Shown: positions 9,179 through 20,126 of the stretch, in pieces | How the letters are laid out: every line of letters starts with the position of its first letter | Position numbering within the stretch: position 1 is the first letter of the stretch | Source of the DNA: Catenulispora subtropica | Lineage (GTDB): Bacteria; Actinomycetota; Actinomycetes; Streptomycetales; Catenulisporaceae | DNA length: 24,000 nucleotides | NCBI RefSeq assembly: GCF_039531675.1 | Contig: NZ_BAAAQM010000050.1 | Location: forward strand, 50,243-74,242 | Direction: 5' to 3' | Position numbers and translations under genes: made by a program | The notes under the pieces: generated by a model | Seen by the model: only the letters and a program-made list of their open reading frames with translations | Told to the model about the DNA's origin: nothing | Database searches by the model: none

Positions 9179-9718
9179 TCAGCCGGCGCAGGCGGTGCCC
9201 ATCGCGGTGGCGTCGGTCCGGAGCGAGGACATGTCCGGCGTGCCGCTGCCCAGCGAGTTCGCGATCTTCGCGTAGTCGTCGCCGAGCTTGTTGATCGCGG
9301 AGGCCGCGTCCGGCTTCTTCGACTTGCCGGCGGCGTCGTGCATCTTGGCCGCGATGTCCTGGAGCATCTTCTTGCCGCTGGCCGGGTCGCCCGGGTTCAG
9401 GCCGTTCAGCGCGTTGGACGCGGCGTCCATGGCGGCCTTGCAGCCTGGGTCGTCGAAGGCGCCTCCGAGGCTGTCGCCCCCGGAGGACGAGTCCGACGAG
9501 GAGGACGAGTCCGACGAAGGCGTCGAACCGCCCGAGGAGTCGCTGTCCGAGGACTTCGAGGACGACTTGTCGCCCGCCGGGGCGCTCGAGGTCTTGTCGC
9601 CGCCGCCCTTGGCCGAGGTGCCGCCGACGCTGCCTGACGAGGAGCAGCCCGCGAGCAGGAAAGCCGACGCGGCCAGGGCCACGCCGACGGTCGTGCGTAT
9701 GCCACGCGAGGTGGACAT
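9179..9718 (-). CDS. Lipoprotein of unknown function with a Ser/Asp-rich linker and a helical C-terminal domain
   Basis: ATG 9718 opens MSTSRGIRTTVGVALAASAFLLAGC, which contains a lipobox (LAGC). A low-complexity SSSKSSDSDSSGGSTPSSDSSSSSDSSSGG tract follows. Two Cys lie in the C-terminal part. Confidence 0.8.
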   Translation of the reverse strand: MSTSRGIRTTVGVALAASAFLLAGCSSSGSVGGTSAKGGGDKTSSAPAGDKSSSKSSDSDSSGGSTPSSDSSSSSDSSSGGDSLGGAFDDPGCKAAMDAASNALNGLNPGDPASGKKMLQDIAAKMHDAAGKSKKPDAASAINKLGDDYAKIANSLGSGTPDMSSLRTDATAMGTACAG

Positions 9719-9997
9719 GGTGTTACCCCCATTGTTGAAATGCGTACGTGCAACGTGCGTCCGCCACGCTACCGCACGGTACGGAGGACCCCTCCCCGGA
9801 TCCAAGACTTGGCACCTAAAGTCCCGGTAAAGGCCGGTCGGCATCACGGGAACAGGCATCAACGAACTGACGTCGGCCCCGGCGGGGAGGACGCCGGGCA
9901 CACAGTGGCAGCGCGGTGTTCTCCCCGAATCCACCGTCCGCGGTTATGTTCGAGGGGGACGCCATCTCAATGCGCTGCCATAGATGGGAGAACTGGC

Positions 9998-13006
<3,009 letters not shown>

Positions 13007-13049
13007 GGCACGACGAGCCGTCGCGGGCGGGGTCGTTTAGCCTGGGGCC

Positions 13050-13388
13050 ATGAGCGCTGCCAAAGAGCGGTTCGCCGAGTTGGTGACGTGCTATCTCGGC
13101 GTGGACGGCGTGACCTGCCCCGGCGCCGAACCGGGAGCGCGGGGTTTCGGGCGCGGCGGGCTGAAGGTCGACGGCAAGCTGTTCTCGATGGTGAGTCAGG
13201 ATCGTCTCGTGCTGAAGCTGCCCGCCGACCGGGTCGACCTCCTCGTGGAGCAAGGCCACGGCGACCGGTTCGCCCCCCGCAAGAACGGCGTCGAGATGCG
13301 CGAGTGGCTCATGCTGGACCCGGACAGCGACCTCGACTGGCACGAGCTGGCCGAGGAAGCACGGAAGTTCGTCGGTTCCGGCGGCTAG
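13050..13388 (+). CDS. TfoX/Sxy N-terminal-domain-like small protein
   Basis: The 112-aa product contains GLKVDGKLFSMVSQDRLVLKLPADRVDLLVEQGHGDRFAP...MREWLML, which matches the TfoX_N-type pattern from memory. Confidence 0.6.
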   Translation: MSAAKERFAELVTCYLGVDGVTCPGAEPGARGFGRGGLKVDGKLFSMVSQDRLVLKLPADRVDLLVEQGHGDRFAPRKNGVEMREWLMLDPDSDLDWHELAEEARKFVGSGG

Positions 13389-13996
13389 TGCCCCGCGCCG
13401 GCCCGTGCGGCCCGGCTGGCGGCCACTTCCTCCACCACCTGCGCCAACATCGCCTCAGGATCCTGCTTGGCGGAGTCCAACAGCAGATGCGGCTCCGTCC
13501 ACGGCTCCCACAGACCCTTCATCCGCAGCACGTGTTCCCACGGCACAGTCGGATGCCATCCGGGGATCCCACGGTCCCGGCCCGCCACCCGGGCCCGGTG
13601 CGCCATCGTGTCCGAGCAGACGCACTCCACGCCCACCAGGCGCGCCCCCAGGTTCTCGGCGACCCGCCGATACCGCTCCCGCGCCGCCGCCTGATGACCG
13701 GTCAGGTCCAGCACCACGTCCAGGCCCAGTTGCAGTTGCCGCGCGAGCGGAGCGATCACGACCATCTCGGCGAGCGGGTCGACGTTCTCGTCGGTGAACA
13801 CCCGGAACGGGGTGAGCGCCCCGAGCTGCCAGTCCATGGAGAAGACCGGCGCGCGCAGGTGCCTGGCCAGGCCCTCCGCCAGGGTGCTCTTGCCGGTACC
13901 CGGAACCCCGGCGACGAGGACCGCCACCGGCGTCGCCGACGGGTCGAGGGGGACCAGGCGCTCGTAGGACTCGAAGGCGGGGGAGTAGTCGGTCAT
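13385..13996 (-). CDS. P-loop NTPase / AAA_33-type kinase-like protein
   Basis: The Walker A motif is LVAGVPGTGKSTLA. The size is about 200 aa and the Walker B-like segment is DVVLDLTG. Confidence 0.8.
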   Translation of the reverse strand: MTDYSPAFESYERLVPLDPSATPVAVLVAGVPGTGKSTLAEGLARHLRAPVFSMDWQLGALTPFRVFTDENVDPLAEMVVIAPLARQLQLGLDVVLDLTGHQAAARERYRRVAENLGARLVGVECVCSDTMAHRARVAGRDRGIPGWHPTVPWEHVLRMKGLWEPWTEPHLLLDSAKQDPEAMLAQVVEEVAASRAARAGAGH

Positions 13997-14059
13997 GCGG
14001 TGACCATAGGCGCTTTTCGGGACCGCTCTGCCTGGGATCGCTGACAGCGAACTGACTTC

Positions 14060-15226
14060 TCAGCCCATGTGCAGCCGTCCCAGCCGCTGCACGGCCTCGG
14101 CGAGCACCTCGTCCTTCTTGCAGAACGCGAACCGCACCAGGCTCCGGGCCGCCGCGGTGTCGTCGTAGAACACCTGGTTCGGGATCGCGACGACGCCGCA
14201 GCGTTCAGGCAGCGCGCGGCAGAAGGCCATCCCGTCCTCCTCGCTCAGGCCGCTGATATCCGTCGTGACGAAGTACGTCCCGTCCGGGCGGAACACCTCG
14301 AACCCGGCCGCGGCCAGCCCGGCCGTCAGCAGGTCGCGCTTGCGCCGCAGGTCCGTGCGCAGCGTCGTGAAGTACTCGTCCGGCAGAGCGAGTGCCGTTG
14401 CCGCGGCGTACTGGAACGGCCCGCCGGAGACGTAGGTGAGGAACTGCTTGGCGCTGCGGACCGCCGACACCAGCGCCGGTGGCGCCGTCACCCAGCCGAT
14501 CTTCCAGCCGGTGAAGGAGAACGTCTTCCCGGCCGAGCCGATCGTCACCGTCCGCTCGCGCATCCCCGGCAGCGTGGCCAGGGGGATGTGCTCGGCGCCG
14601 AACGTCAGGTGTTCGTACACCTCGTCGGTCACCACCAGCAGGTCCCGCTCCCGCGCCAGCTCGGCGACCGCCTCGGACTCGGCCCGGGTGAGCACCATCC
14701 CGGTGGGGTTGTGCGGGGTGTTGAGCAGCAGCAGCCTCGTGCGATCGGTGACGGCGGCGCGCAGCGCGTCCAGATCCGGGCGGAAACCCGGCGGCCGCAG
14801 GGTGACCGGCACGCGGACGCCGCCGGCCATCGCGATGCACGCCGCGTAGGAGTCGTAGTAGGGCTCGAAGGCCACGACCTCGTCGCCCGGCTCCAACAGG
14901 GCCAGCAGGGCCGCCGCGATGGCCTCGGTGGCGCCGGCGGTCACCAGCACCTCGGAGTCCGGGTCGAAGTCCAGGCCGTAGAAGCGCTTCTGGTGCTCGG
15001 CCACCGCCGTCCGCAACTCCGGGATCCCGGGTCCCGGCGGGTACTGGTTCCCGCGGCCCGCCAGCACCGCCTCCGCCGCCGCCTGCTTGACCTCCTCCGG
15101 CCCGTCGGTGTCCGGGAAGCCCTGCCCCAGGTTGATCGAGCCGGTCGCGGCGGCCAGTGCCGACATCTCGGCGAAGATGGTGGTGCCCATCGGGGCCAGG
15201 CGGCTGTTGACGTAGGGGGTGCGCAT
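14060..15226 (-). CDS. PLP-dependent aminotransferase, class I/II (DapC / kynurenine-aminotransferase-like)
   Basis: ATG 15226 has AGGA upstream. The motifs are INLGQGFPD, NQYPPGPG, LLLNTPHNPTG and SAGKTFSFTGWKIGW (PLP lysine). The N-terminal 77 codons of the longer ORF are Arg/His-rich shadow sequence. Confidence 0.9.
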   Translation of the reverse strand: MRTPYVNSRLAPMGTTIFAEMSALAAATGSINLGQGFPDTDGPEEVKQAAAEAVLAGRGNQYPPGPGIPELRTAVAEHQKRFYGLDFDPDSEVLVTAGATEAIAAALLALLEPGDEVVAFEPYYDSYAACIAMAGGVRVPVTLRPPGFRPDLDALRAAVTDRTRLLLLNTPHNPTGMVLTRAESEAVAELARERDLLVVTDEVYEHLTFGAEHIPLATLPGMRERTVTIGSAGKTFSFTGWKIGWVTAPPALVSAVRSAKQFLTYVSGGPFQYAAATALALPDEYFTTLRTDLRRKRDLLTAGLAAAGFEVFRPDGTYFVTTDISGLSEEDGMAFCRALPERCGVVAIPNQVFYDDTAAARSLVRFAFCKKDEVLAEAVQRLGRLHMG

Positions 15227-15283
15227 ACCGTCATCCTGCCGCACGCCGGCCCGGCCGACAGTGTGCGAGTGGCCGGAACGAGG

Positions 15284-15373
15284 GACGAGCCGCAGTTCCG
15301 GGAGCGCTTCGCCCGGGAGGTGGCGATGGTCCGTGCGGTGTCGGGCCCGTTCGTCGTACCGGTCGTGGACGCC
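15284..15373 (+). pseudogene. Relic fragment of a Ser/Thr protein kinase gene inside the divergent intergenic region
   Basis: Frame 2 reads DEPQFRERFAREVAMVRAVSGPFVVPVVDA. This matches the actinomycete STPK subdomain II-IV signature (..F..RF.REV.AAR.V.G.FTA.VVDAD). There is no start codon and no flanking kinase motifs, and the sequence degenerates after VVDA. Confidence 0.45.
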
Positions 15374-15437
15374 GTGCCGACCTCCCAGCCGGACCCGCCG
15401 TCCACCACCCTCGGCCCGCATGGGCCACAATTGGGTC

Positions 15438-16364
15438 ATGGACTTGCGCATCTTCACCGAGCCGCAGCAGGGCGCCAGCTACGACACGCTCCTGGCCGTC
15501 GCGAAGGCCACGGAGGACCTGGGCTTCGACGCCTTCTTCCGGTCCGACCACTACCTGAAGATGGGGAGCGTCACCGGCCTGCCCGGTCCCACCGACGCCT
15601 GGATCACCCTGGCCGGCCTCGCCCGGGAGACCAAGCGCATCAAGCTCGGCACGCTCGTGACCCCGGTCACCTTCCGGCTGCCCGGGCCGCTCGCCATCTC
15701 GGTGGCGCAGGTCGACGCGATGGCCGGCCCCGGCCGCGTGGAGCTGGGGCTGGGCACGGGCTGGTTCGGCGAGGAGCACACCGCGTACGGGATCCCGTTC
15801 CCGGACAAGCGGTTCGACCTCCTGGAGGAGCAGCTGCAGATCGTCACCGGGCTGTGGAACACCCCGGACGGCGAGACGTTCAGCTTCAAGGGCGAGCACT
15901 ACAGCCTCGCCGACTCCCCGGCGCTGCCGAAGCCGGCGACCAGCCCGCACCCGCCGATCATCATCGGCGGCGGCGGTCCGAAGCGCACCCCGCGCCTGGC
16001 CGCGCAGTACGCGAGCGAGTTCAACACCTCGTTCCGTCCCTTCGACGACAGCGAGCGCCTGTTCGGCACCGTCCGCGAAGCCGTGTCGGCCAACGGCCGC
16101 CACCCCGACTCGATGACCTACTCCGCCGCCCTGGTGGCCTGCGTCGGCCGCGACGAGGCCGAGTTCGCCCGCCGCGCCGAGGCCATCGGCCGCGAGCCCG
16201 CCGAGCTGCGCGAGAACGGCCTGGCCGGCACGCCGGCGGAGGTGGTGGAGAAGATCGGCCGCTACGCCGCCATCGGCGCCCAGCGCCTGTACCTGCAGAT
16301 CCTCGACCTGTCCGACCTGGACCACCTGGAGCTCATCGCCTCCCAGGTCATGGGCCGGCTCTAG
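15438..16364 (+). CDS. LLM-class F420-dependent oxidoreductase
   Basis: [39 protein letters not shown] is the characteristic N-terminus of the TIGR03560-type luciferase-like monooxygenase family. The motifs LGLGTGW and [10 protein letters not shown] are present. An alternative ATG is at 15420. Confidence 0.9.
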   Translation: MDLRIFTEPQQGASYDTLLAVAKATEDLGFDAFFRSDHYLKMGSVTGLPGPTDAWITLAGLARETKRIKLGTLVTPVTFRLPGPLAISVAQVDAMAGPGRVELGLGTGWFGEEHTAYGIPFPDKRFDLLEEQLQIVTGLWNTPDGETFSFKGEHYSLADSPALPKPATSPHPPIIIGGGGPKRTPRLAAQYASEFNTSFRPFDDSERLFGTVREAVSANGRHPDSMTYSAALVACVGRDEAEFARRAEAIGREPAELRENGLAGTPAEVVEKIGRYAAIGAQRLYLQILDLSDLDHLELIASQVMGRL

Positions 16365-16374
16365 CAAGGACCCC

Positions 16375-17184
16375 ATGAACCGCCCCGACCTGCGGGCCGA
16401 CTGCGCCGACTGCTTCGCGCTGTGCTGTGTGGGGCTGACGTTCACGGCGTCCCGCGACTTCGCCATCGACAAGTCCGCCGGGACGCCGTGTCCCCACCTG
16501 GCATCCGACGACCGCTGCTCCATCCACACCGGCCTTCGCGGCCGTGGCTTCCAGGGCTGCACCGTCTACGACTGCTTCGGCGCCGGACAGAAGCTGTCCC
16601 AGCAGACGTTCGGCGGCGTCTCGTGGCGCACCGGCACCCCGGACCGCGCCCGGCAGATGTTCGCGGCCCTGCCGGTGATGCGCCAGCTGCACGAGATGCT
16701 GTGGTACCTGGCCGAGGCCGAGACGCTGGCCGGCGCCTCGGCGTTGAAGACCGAACTCGGATGGTCGGCCGACGAGACCGAGCGCCTGACCCGGTTGCCG
16801 GCCGAGGAACTTCTGGCGCTGGACGTGGCGGCGCACCGCGCCGGGGTCAGCGAACTGCTCGCGGAAGTCAGCGCCCTGGTCCGCGCTGGCGTCGGCGGCG
16901 GCCGGAAGAAGGACCGCCGCGGCGCCGACCTCATCGGCGCGCGGTTGCGCAACGCCGACCTGCGAGGCGCGGACCTGCGGGGCGCGTACCTGATCGGCGC
17001 CGACCTGACGGGCGCCGATCTGCGCAAGGCGGACCTGATCGGTGCGGACTTGCGGGACGCTGTTCTGTGCGGCGCCGACCTCACCGGCGCGGTGTTCGTG
17101 ACGCAGGCTCAGCTGAACGCGGCGCTGGGGGATCAGGGGACGAAGATCCCGGCGGGGATGGCGCGGCCGGGGCACTGGAGCTGA
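16375..17184 (+). CDS. Pentapeptide-repeat protein with an N-terminal Cys-rich (CxxCxxxCC, YkgJ/UPF0153-like) domain
   Basis: The N-terminus reads CADCFALCC...PCPHL..DRCSIH...GCTVYDC. The C-terminus has about 12 A(D/N)LxG-type pentapeptide units ([39 protein letters not shown]...). The gene starts 10 nt after the LLM gene stop. Confidence 0.85.
   Translation: MNRPDLRADCADCFALCCVGLTFTASRDFAIDKSAGTPCPHLASDDRCSIHTGLRGRGFQGCTVYDCFGAGQKLSQQTFGGVSWRTGTPDRARQMFAALPVMRQLHEMLWYLAEAETLAGASALKTELGWSADETERLTRLPAEELLALDVAAHRAGVSELLAEVSALVRAGVGGGRKKDRRGADLIGARLRNADLRGADLRGAYLIGADLTGADLRKADLIGADLRDAVLCGADLTGAVFVTQAQLNAALGDQGTKIPAGMARPGHWS
16918..17094 (+). repeat. Tandem 15-nt coding periodicity (pentapeptide repeats)
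   Basis: ggcgc(c/g)gacctg-type units recur every 15 nt and encode residues 182-240 of the pentapeptide protein. Confidence 0.8.
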
Positions 17185-17200
17185 TACGTCCGCGCAGGGC

Positions 17201-18271
17201 CTAGTCGATCGTGTAGGCGTCCCCATACACCGACCAGTGCAAGGGCGTGGCCAACGCCAGGTTGCGGTTCTTCACGAACACCCGCTGCTCGGTGTCGATG
17301 CGGCTGGTGTCCTGGTGGCTGGGATCGGCCTTCATCGCGACGATGCGGGCGTCGAGGAACGCGTTCAGGTAGGCGACCTCGTCCCCGCCCTGGGACGGCG
17401 GCTTGGCCTTGCGCAGCGTCGCGGCCCGGATGCCGCCGAAGCTCAGCGAGTCCGAGCCCGGGCCGTGCATCACCAGGGCGTCGTAGTAGATGAACTGGCC
17501 CAGGGCGCCCAGACCGTCGGCCTTGGCCTGACTCACCGCCGGGTTGAAGTACGTGCGGTCGCGCTCGTCGTTCTGCGCCTGCTGGAACAGCGGGTCTGCG
17601 GCCGCGGCCTTCCAGTCCGAGGTGAAGTTCGGGTCCAGGCCGTCGTGGGTGTCGCTGCCGTTGTCCGCCTTCAGCGCGTTGAGATACTTGGCCAGCACGT
17701 TGTTCGGCTTCAGCGCTGTGTAGTGCTGCACGAGTTCCAGCATGTCCCCGGTGCCGGAACAGAAGCCGATGAGGCCGCCGGTGTAGCCGCGGCCGTCCTT
17801 GATGTCCTCGATGTACTTGTACTGCGCGCGCCAGTCCAGGCTGGAGTTCTCCGCGCTGGAGACCAGCTCCATCGCGATCTCCTTCTTGCGCGGGTCGTCC
17901 AGGCCGGTGCCGGACGACGGCGTGGCGGTGGAGGTCGCGGCCGAGGACGGATGCGGCCCGGTCGAGGTCGCCGACGGACGACCCGGAATGTTGCTCCCGC
18001 TCGGCTTGGGAACCGGCGTGCTCGCCGTTGTCGCCGACGGACTGCCCGAGGCGCTGGCCGGGGTAGTAGCGGGAGCCGTGTCGGCCGGCTGACTCGCCGA
18101 GGAGGCGCCACCGGGGCTCGTCGAGACGGTGCCGAGCAGCGGGCTCGACGCGGCGACCGCGCCCTTCGCGGCGTGGTCGCCGGGGCTCGGCACCGCGACC
18201 GCCACACCGACGGCGACCGCCGTCGCCGACACCGCGACCGCGGCCAGGACAGCGTTCGGGGGCATTTTCAT
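17201..18271 (-). CDS. csn: GH46 chitosanase with a long N-terminal Ser/Thr/Pro/Ala-rich spacer
   Basis: From GLDDPRKKEIAMELVSSAENSSLDWRAQYKYIEDIKDGRGYTGG onward the protein is collinear with the Streptomyces sp. N174 chitosanase as I remember it. Both catalytic residue contexts are kept (SAENS Glu, KDGRGYT Asp). QQAQNDERDR and DTEQRVF are conserved. Confidence 0.93.
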   Translation of the reverse strand: MKMPPNAVLAAVAVSATAVAVGVAVAVPSPGDHAAKGAVAASSPLLGTVSTSPGGASSASQPADTAPATTPASASGSPSATTASTPVPKPSGSNIPGRPSATSTGPHPSSAATSTATPSSGTGLDDPRKKEIAMELVSSAENSSLDWRAQYKYIEDIKDGRGYTGGLIGFCSGTGDMLELVQHYTALKPNNVLAKYLNALKADNGSDTHDGLDPNFTSDWKAAAADPLFQQAQNDERDRTYFNPAVSQAKADGLGALGQFIYYDALVMHGPGSDSLSFGGIRAATLRKAKPPSQGGDEVAYLNAFLDARIVAMKADPSHQDTSRIDTEQRVFVKNRNLALATPLHWSVYGDAYTID

Positions 18272-18335
18272 GCGGACGAGTATCGAGGTCTCAGGAGCTT
18301 GTCACCACCGATCGCGGCGATCCTGTAAGAAACCT

Positions 18336-18986
18336 TCACCGTCCCCGCTTCATCGCCCCGTCGGCCAGCCCGTCCGCCGCGTCGCCCAGCCGCAGCCCCA
18401 CATCCCCGAGCCGTCGGTACAGCTCCCGAGCCTTCATCGCCTCGGCGGCGTCGCGCTCCGGCGTGCCGCCGGTCAGCAGCGTCGCCAGCTCGTACTGGTA
18501 CGCCCGCACCACCGCTCCGGCCGCCTTGCGCGCGGCCAGCGTCGCGGCGCGCAGATCGCGGCCCGGGCCCAACGCCGCCACCGCCTCGTCCAGCGTCCGG
18601 ATGCCGGCCGAGACCAACGCCGCGAGACCGCGGTACCGGCTCACGTCGGTGACCTGGTACAGGTCCGCTTCGCGCACGAAGTCGCGGAGGGTGTCCAGCA
18701 CGTCGTCGATCGACCGCGACACCCGGTTCAGGTCCTCGCGGTCCACCGGCGGCGAGAGCGTCGCGGCCAGGACCGCCAGCAGGGCCGCCCGCCGGTCGTC
18801 GCCGTCGTGCTCGACCGCCTCCATCCGGGCGCGCGCCGCCTCCCTGCCGGTCGTGCCGTCCAGGAGCGCCGCCGTGAGCTCCGCGCCCTCCGCCGCCACC
18901 GCCACCTGGGCTCGCAGGGCCCTGATCAGGTCGGCGTCCGCGCGTCCGCTGATGGAACGCAGCGTGGTGGCTATGCGGGTCCTCAC
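18336..18986 (-). CDS. DUF47 (PhoU-like) family protein, Pit accessory protein
   Basis: The pattern EHDGDDRRAALLAVLAATLSPPVDREDLNRVSRSIDDVLDTL matches E..GD...L...FITP.DREDI......DD.LD of YkaA/DUF47. GTG 18986-18984 overlaps the pit TGA (18985-18983). The longer ORF to 19520 is shadow sequence. Confidence 0.8.
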   Translation of the reverse strand: MRTRIATTLRSISGRADADLIRALRAQVAVAAEGAELTAALLDGTTGREAARARMEAVEHDGDDRRAALLAVLAATLSPPVDREDLNRVSRSIDDVLDTLRDFVREADLYQVTDVSRYRGLAALVSAGIRTLDEAVAALGPGRDLRAATLAARKAAGAVVRAYQYELATLLTGGTPERDAAEAMKARELYRRLGDVGLRLGDAADGLADGAMKRGR

Positions 18987-19975
18987 ACGAGCTCCTTCAC
19001 ACCTGCAGCCAATACCGCCGCCATCCCGGCGCTCAGCGGCAACGTCACCATCCACGCCGCCCCGATCCGCCCCGCCTGCCGCCATCGCACGCGGCGCGCC
19101 CCGGTGCCGAGCCCCGTCCCGAACAGCCCGCCGGCGACCGACTGCGTCATCGAGACCGGGAATCCGAGTGCCGCGCTGCCGAGCACCGCCACGGCCGCGG
19201 CGAGCTCGGCGGTCACCGTGTCCAGCGGCCGCAGCGGCACGATGCCCGACCCCAGCGACGCCGCCGCCCGCGGCAGGCCGAGCAGTGCTCCGAGGCCGAA
19301 CAGCACGCCGCAGCACACCAGCGCGCTGACGCCGAACGGCACCGAGCCCGTCGCGGCGCCGCCGGCGGCCACCGCGCACAGCGCCACCATCTTCTGGCCG
19401 TCGTTCGCGCCGTAGGCCAGGCACTGCAACGGAAACGCGACGCGATGGGTCCGTCCCACGGCCGCGGCGGCCGGCGACCGGCGCGGTCCGGCCAGCCGCA
19501 GCGAGCGCGTCACCAGCCACGCGATCAGGGAGCTGACGACCGGTGCGAGCGCCGCGGCGAGCAGCACGGTGCCGACCGACGCGACCGGCACCGGCAGTCC
19601 CCAGCCGAGCCCGGCGCCGGTGAGACCGCCGACGACGGCCAGCGTCAGCGACGTCGGCAGTCCGCGCAGCGACAGCAGCAGCACCACGGCCAGGGCCACC
19701 GCGACCCCGACCGTCAGCGCGGCGCGGCCGGAGGCGTCGGGGCCGAACCGCACCAGGCGGCCGAGGAACGTCGCCGCCACCCGGGTGCCGAACAGCACGG
19801 GGCCGGCGGTCGTGGCGGCGACCAGCACGCAGAACGAGAACAGCGTGGACAGGCTCGGGATCCGCAGTCCCGGCGAGAGCAGAGCCCCGCCGTCGTTGAT
19901 CCCGCTCACCACGGCGAAGGAGCCGGCCAGCAGGACGAGGGCGGCGGACCAGACCGTCCCGGTCGCTGCGAGCAT
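18983..19975 (-). CDS. pit: Inorganic phosphate transporter, PiT (PHO4) family
   Basis: The 330-aa polytopic membrane protein carries the two PiT signature regions SGINDGG and YGANDGQK. It also has FPVSMTQSVAGGLFG. GAAGGG SD lies 7 nt before the ATG. Confidence 0.88.
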   Translation of the reverse strand: MLAATGTVWSAALVLLAGSFAVVSGINDGGALLSPGLRIPSLSTLFSFCVLVAATTAGPVLFGTRVAATFLGRLVRFGPDASGRAALTVGVAVALAVVLLLSLRGLPTSLTLAVVGGLTGAGLGWGLPVPVASVGTVLLAAALAPVVSSLIAWLVTRSLRLAGPRRSPAAAAVGRTHRVAFPLQCLAYGANDGQKMVALCAVAAGGAATGSVPFGVSALVCCGVLFGLGALLGLPRAAASLGSGIVPLRPLDTVTAELAAAVAVLGSAALGFPVSMTQSVAGGLFGTGLGTGARRVRWRQAGRIGAAWMVTLPLSAGMAAVLAAGVKELV

Positions 19976-19988
19976 CGTCGAGCCCTTC

Positions 19989-20021
19989 GATAGGTGAACG
20001 GAAGGTGAACGACAGACTAAC
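19989..20021 (-). promoter_or_regulatory. PHO-box-like operator: three phased 11-nt direct repeat units
   Basis: The minus strand reads GTTAGTCTGTC GTTCACCTTCC GTTCACCTATC. The two proximal units match the Streptomyces PhoP unit G(G/T)TCAYYYR(G/C)G at 9 of 11 positions each. The site lies between pit (ATG 19975) and phnW (ATG 20127). Confidence 0.55.
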
Positions 20022-20126
20022 TCAAGGGGTGGGACGGGAGGTCGGGCGCCCCCAAGGTTTCAGCTATGGGGGCCATGCCAGAACGGGCATCGCGCGCCTC
20101 GTGATCAGCCGCCTAGCCTGAGCGGC

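Noticed and set aside
9918-9939. Possible PHO box upstream of the phospholipase C gene (GTTCTCCCCGA ATCCACCGTCC)
   Set aside because: Each 11-nt unit matches the GTTCACC core at only about 5 of 7 positions and a third GTTC is out of phase. It is biologically plausible but too weak to call without a PWM score or binding data.
14069-16562. 769-aa ORF 14069..16378 (+) and 443-aa ORF 15231..16562 (-)
   Set aside because: These are shadow frames running antisense to, or out of frame with, the aminotransferase and the LLM oxidoreductase. They have no recognisable motifs except the short kinase-like relic at 15284-15373, which is reported separately.
16918-17094. Regular short tandem repeats that could superficially suggest a CRISPR-like or satellite array
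   Set aside because: The 15-nt periodicity lies inside a GC3-biased ORF and encodes canonical pentapeptide repeats. There are no spacers and no cas genes.
16348-19520. Shadow ORFs 16348..17226 (-), 16422..17204 (+), 17237..18328 (+), 18129..19415 (+), and the N-terminal extension of 18336..19520 (-)
   Set aside because: All overlap well-supported genes (pentapeptide protein, chitosanase, DUF47, PiT) and translate to low-complexity Arg/Gly/Pro/Ala strings.
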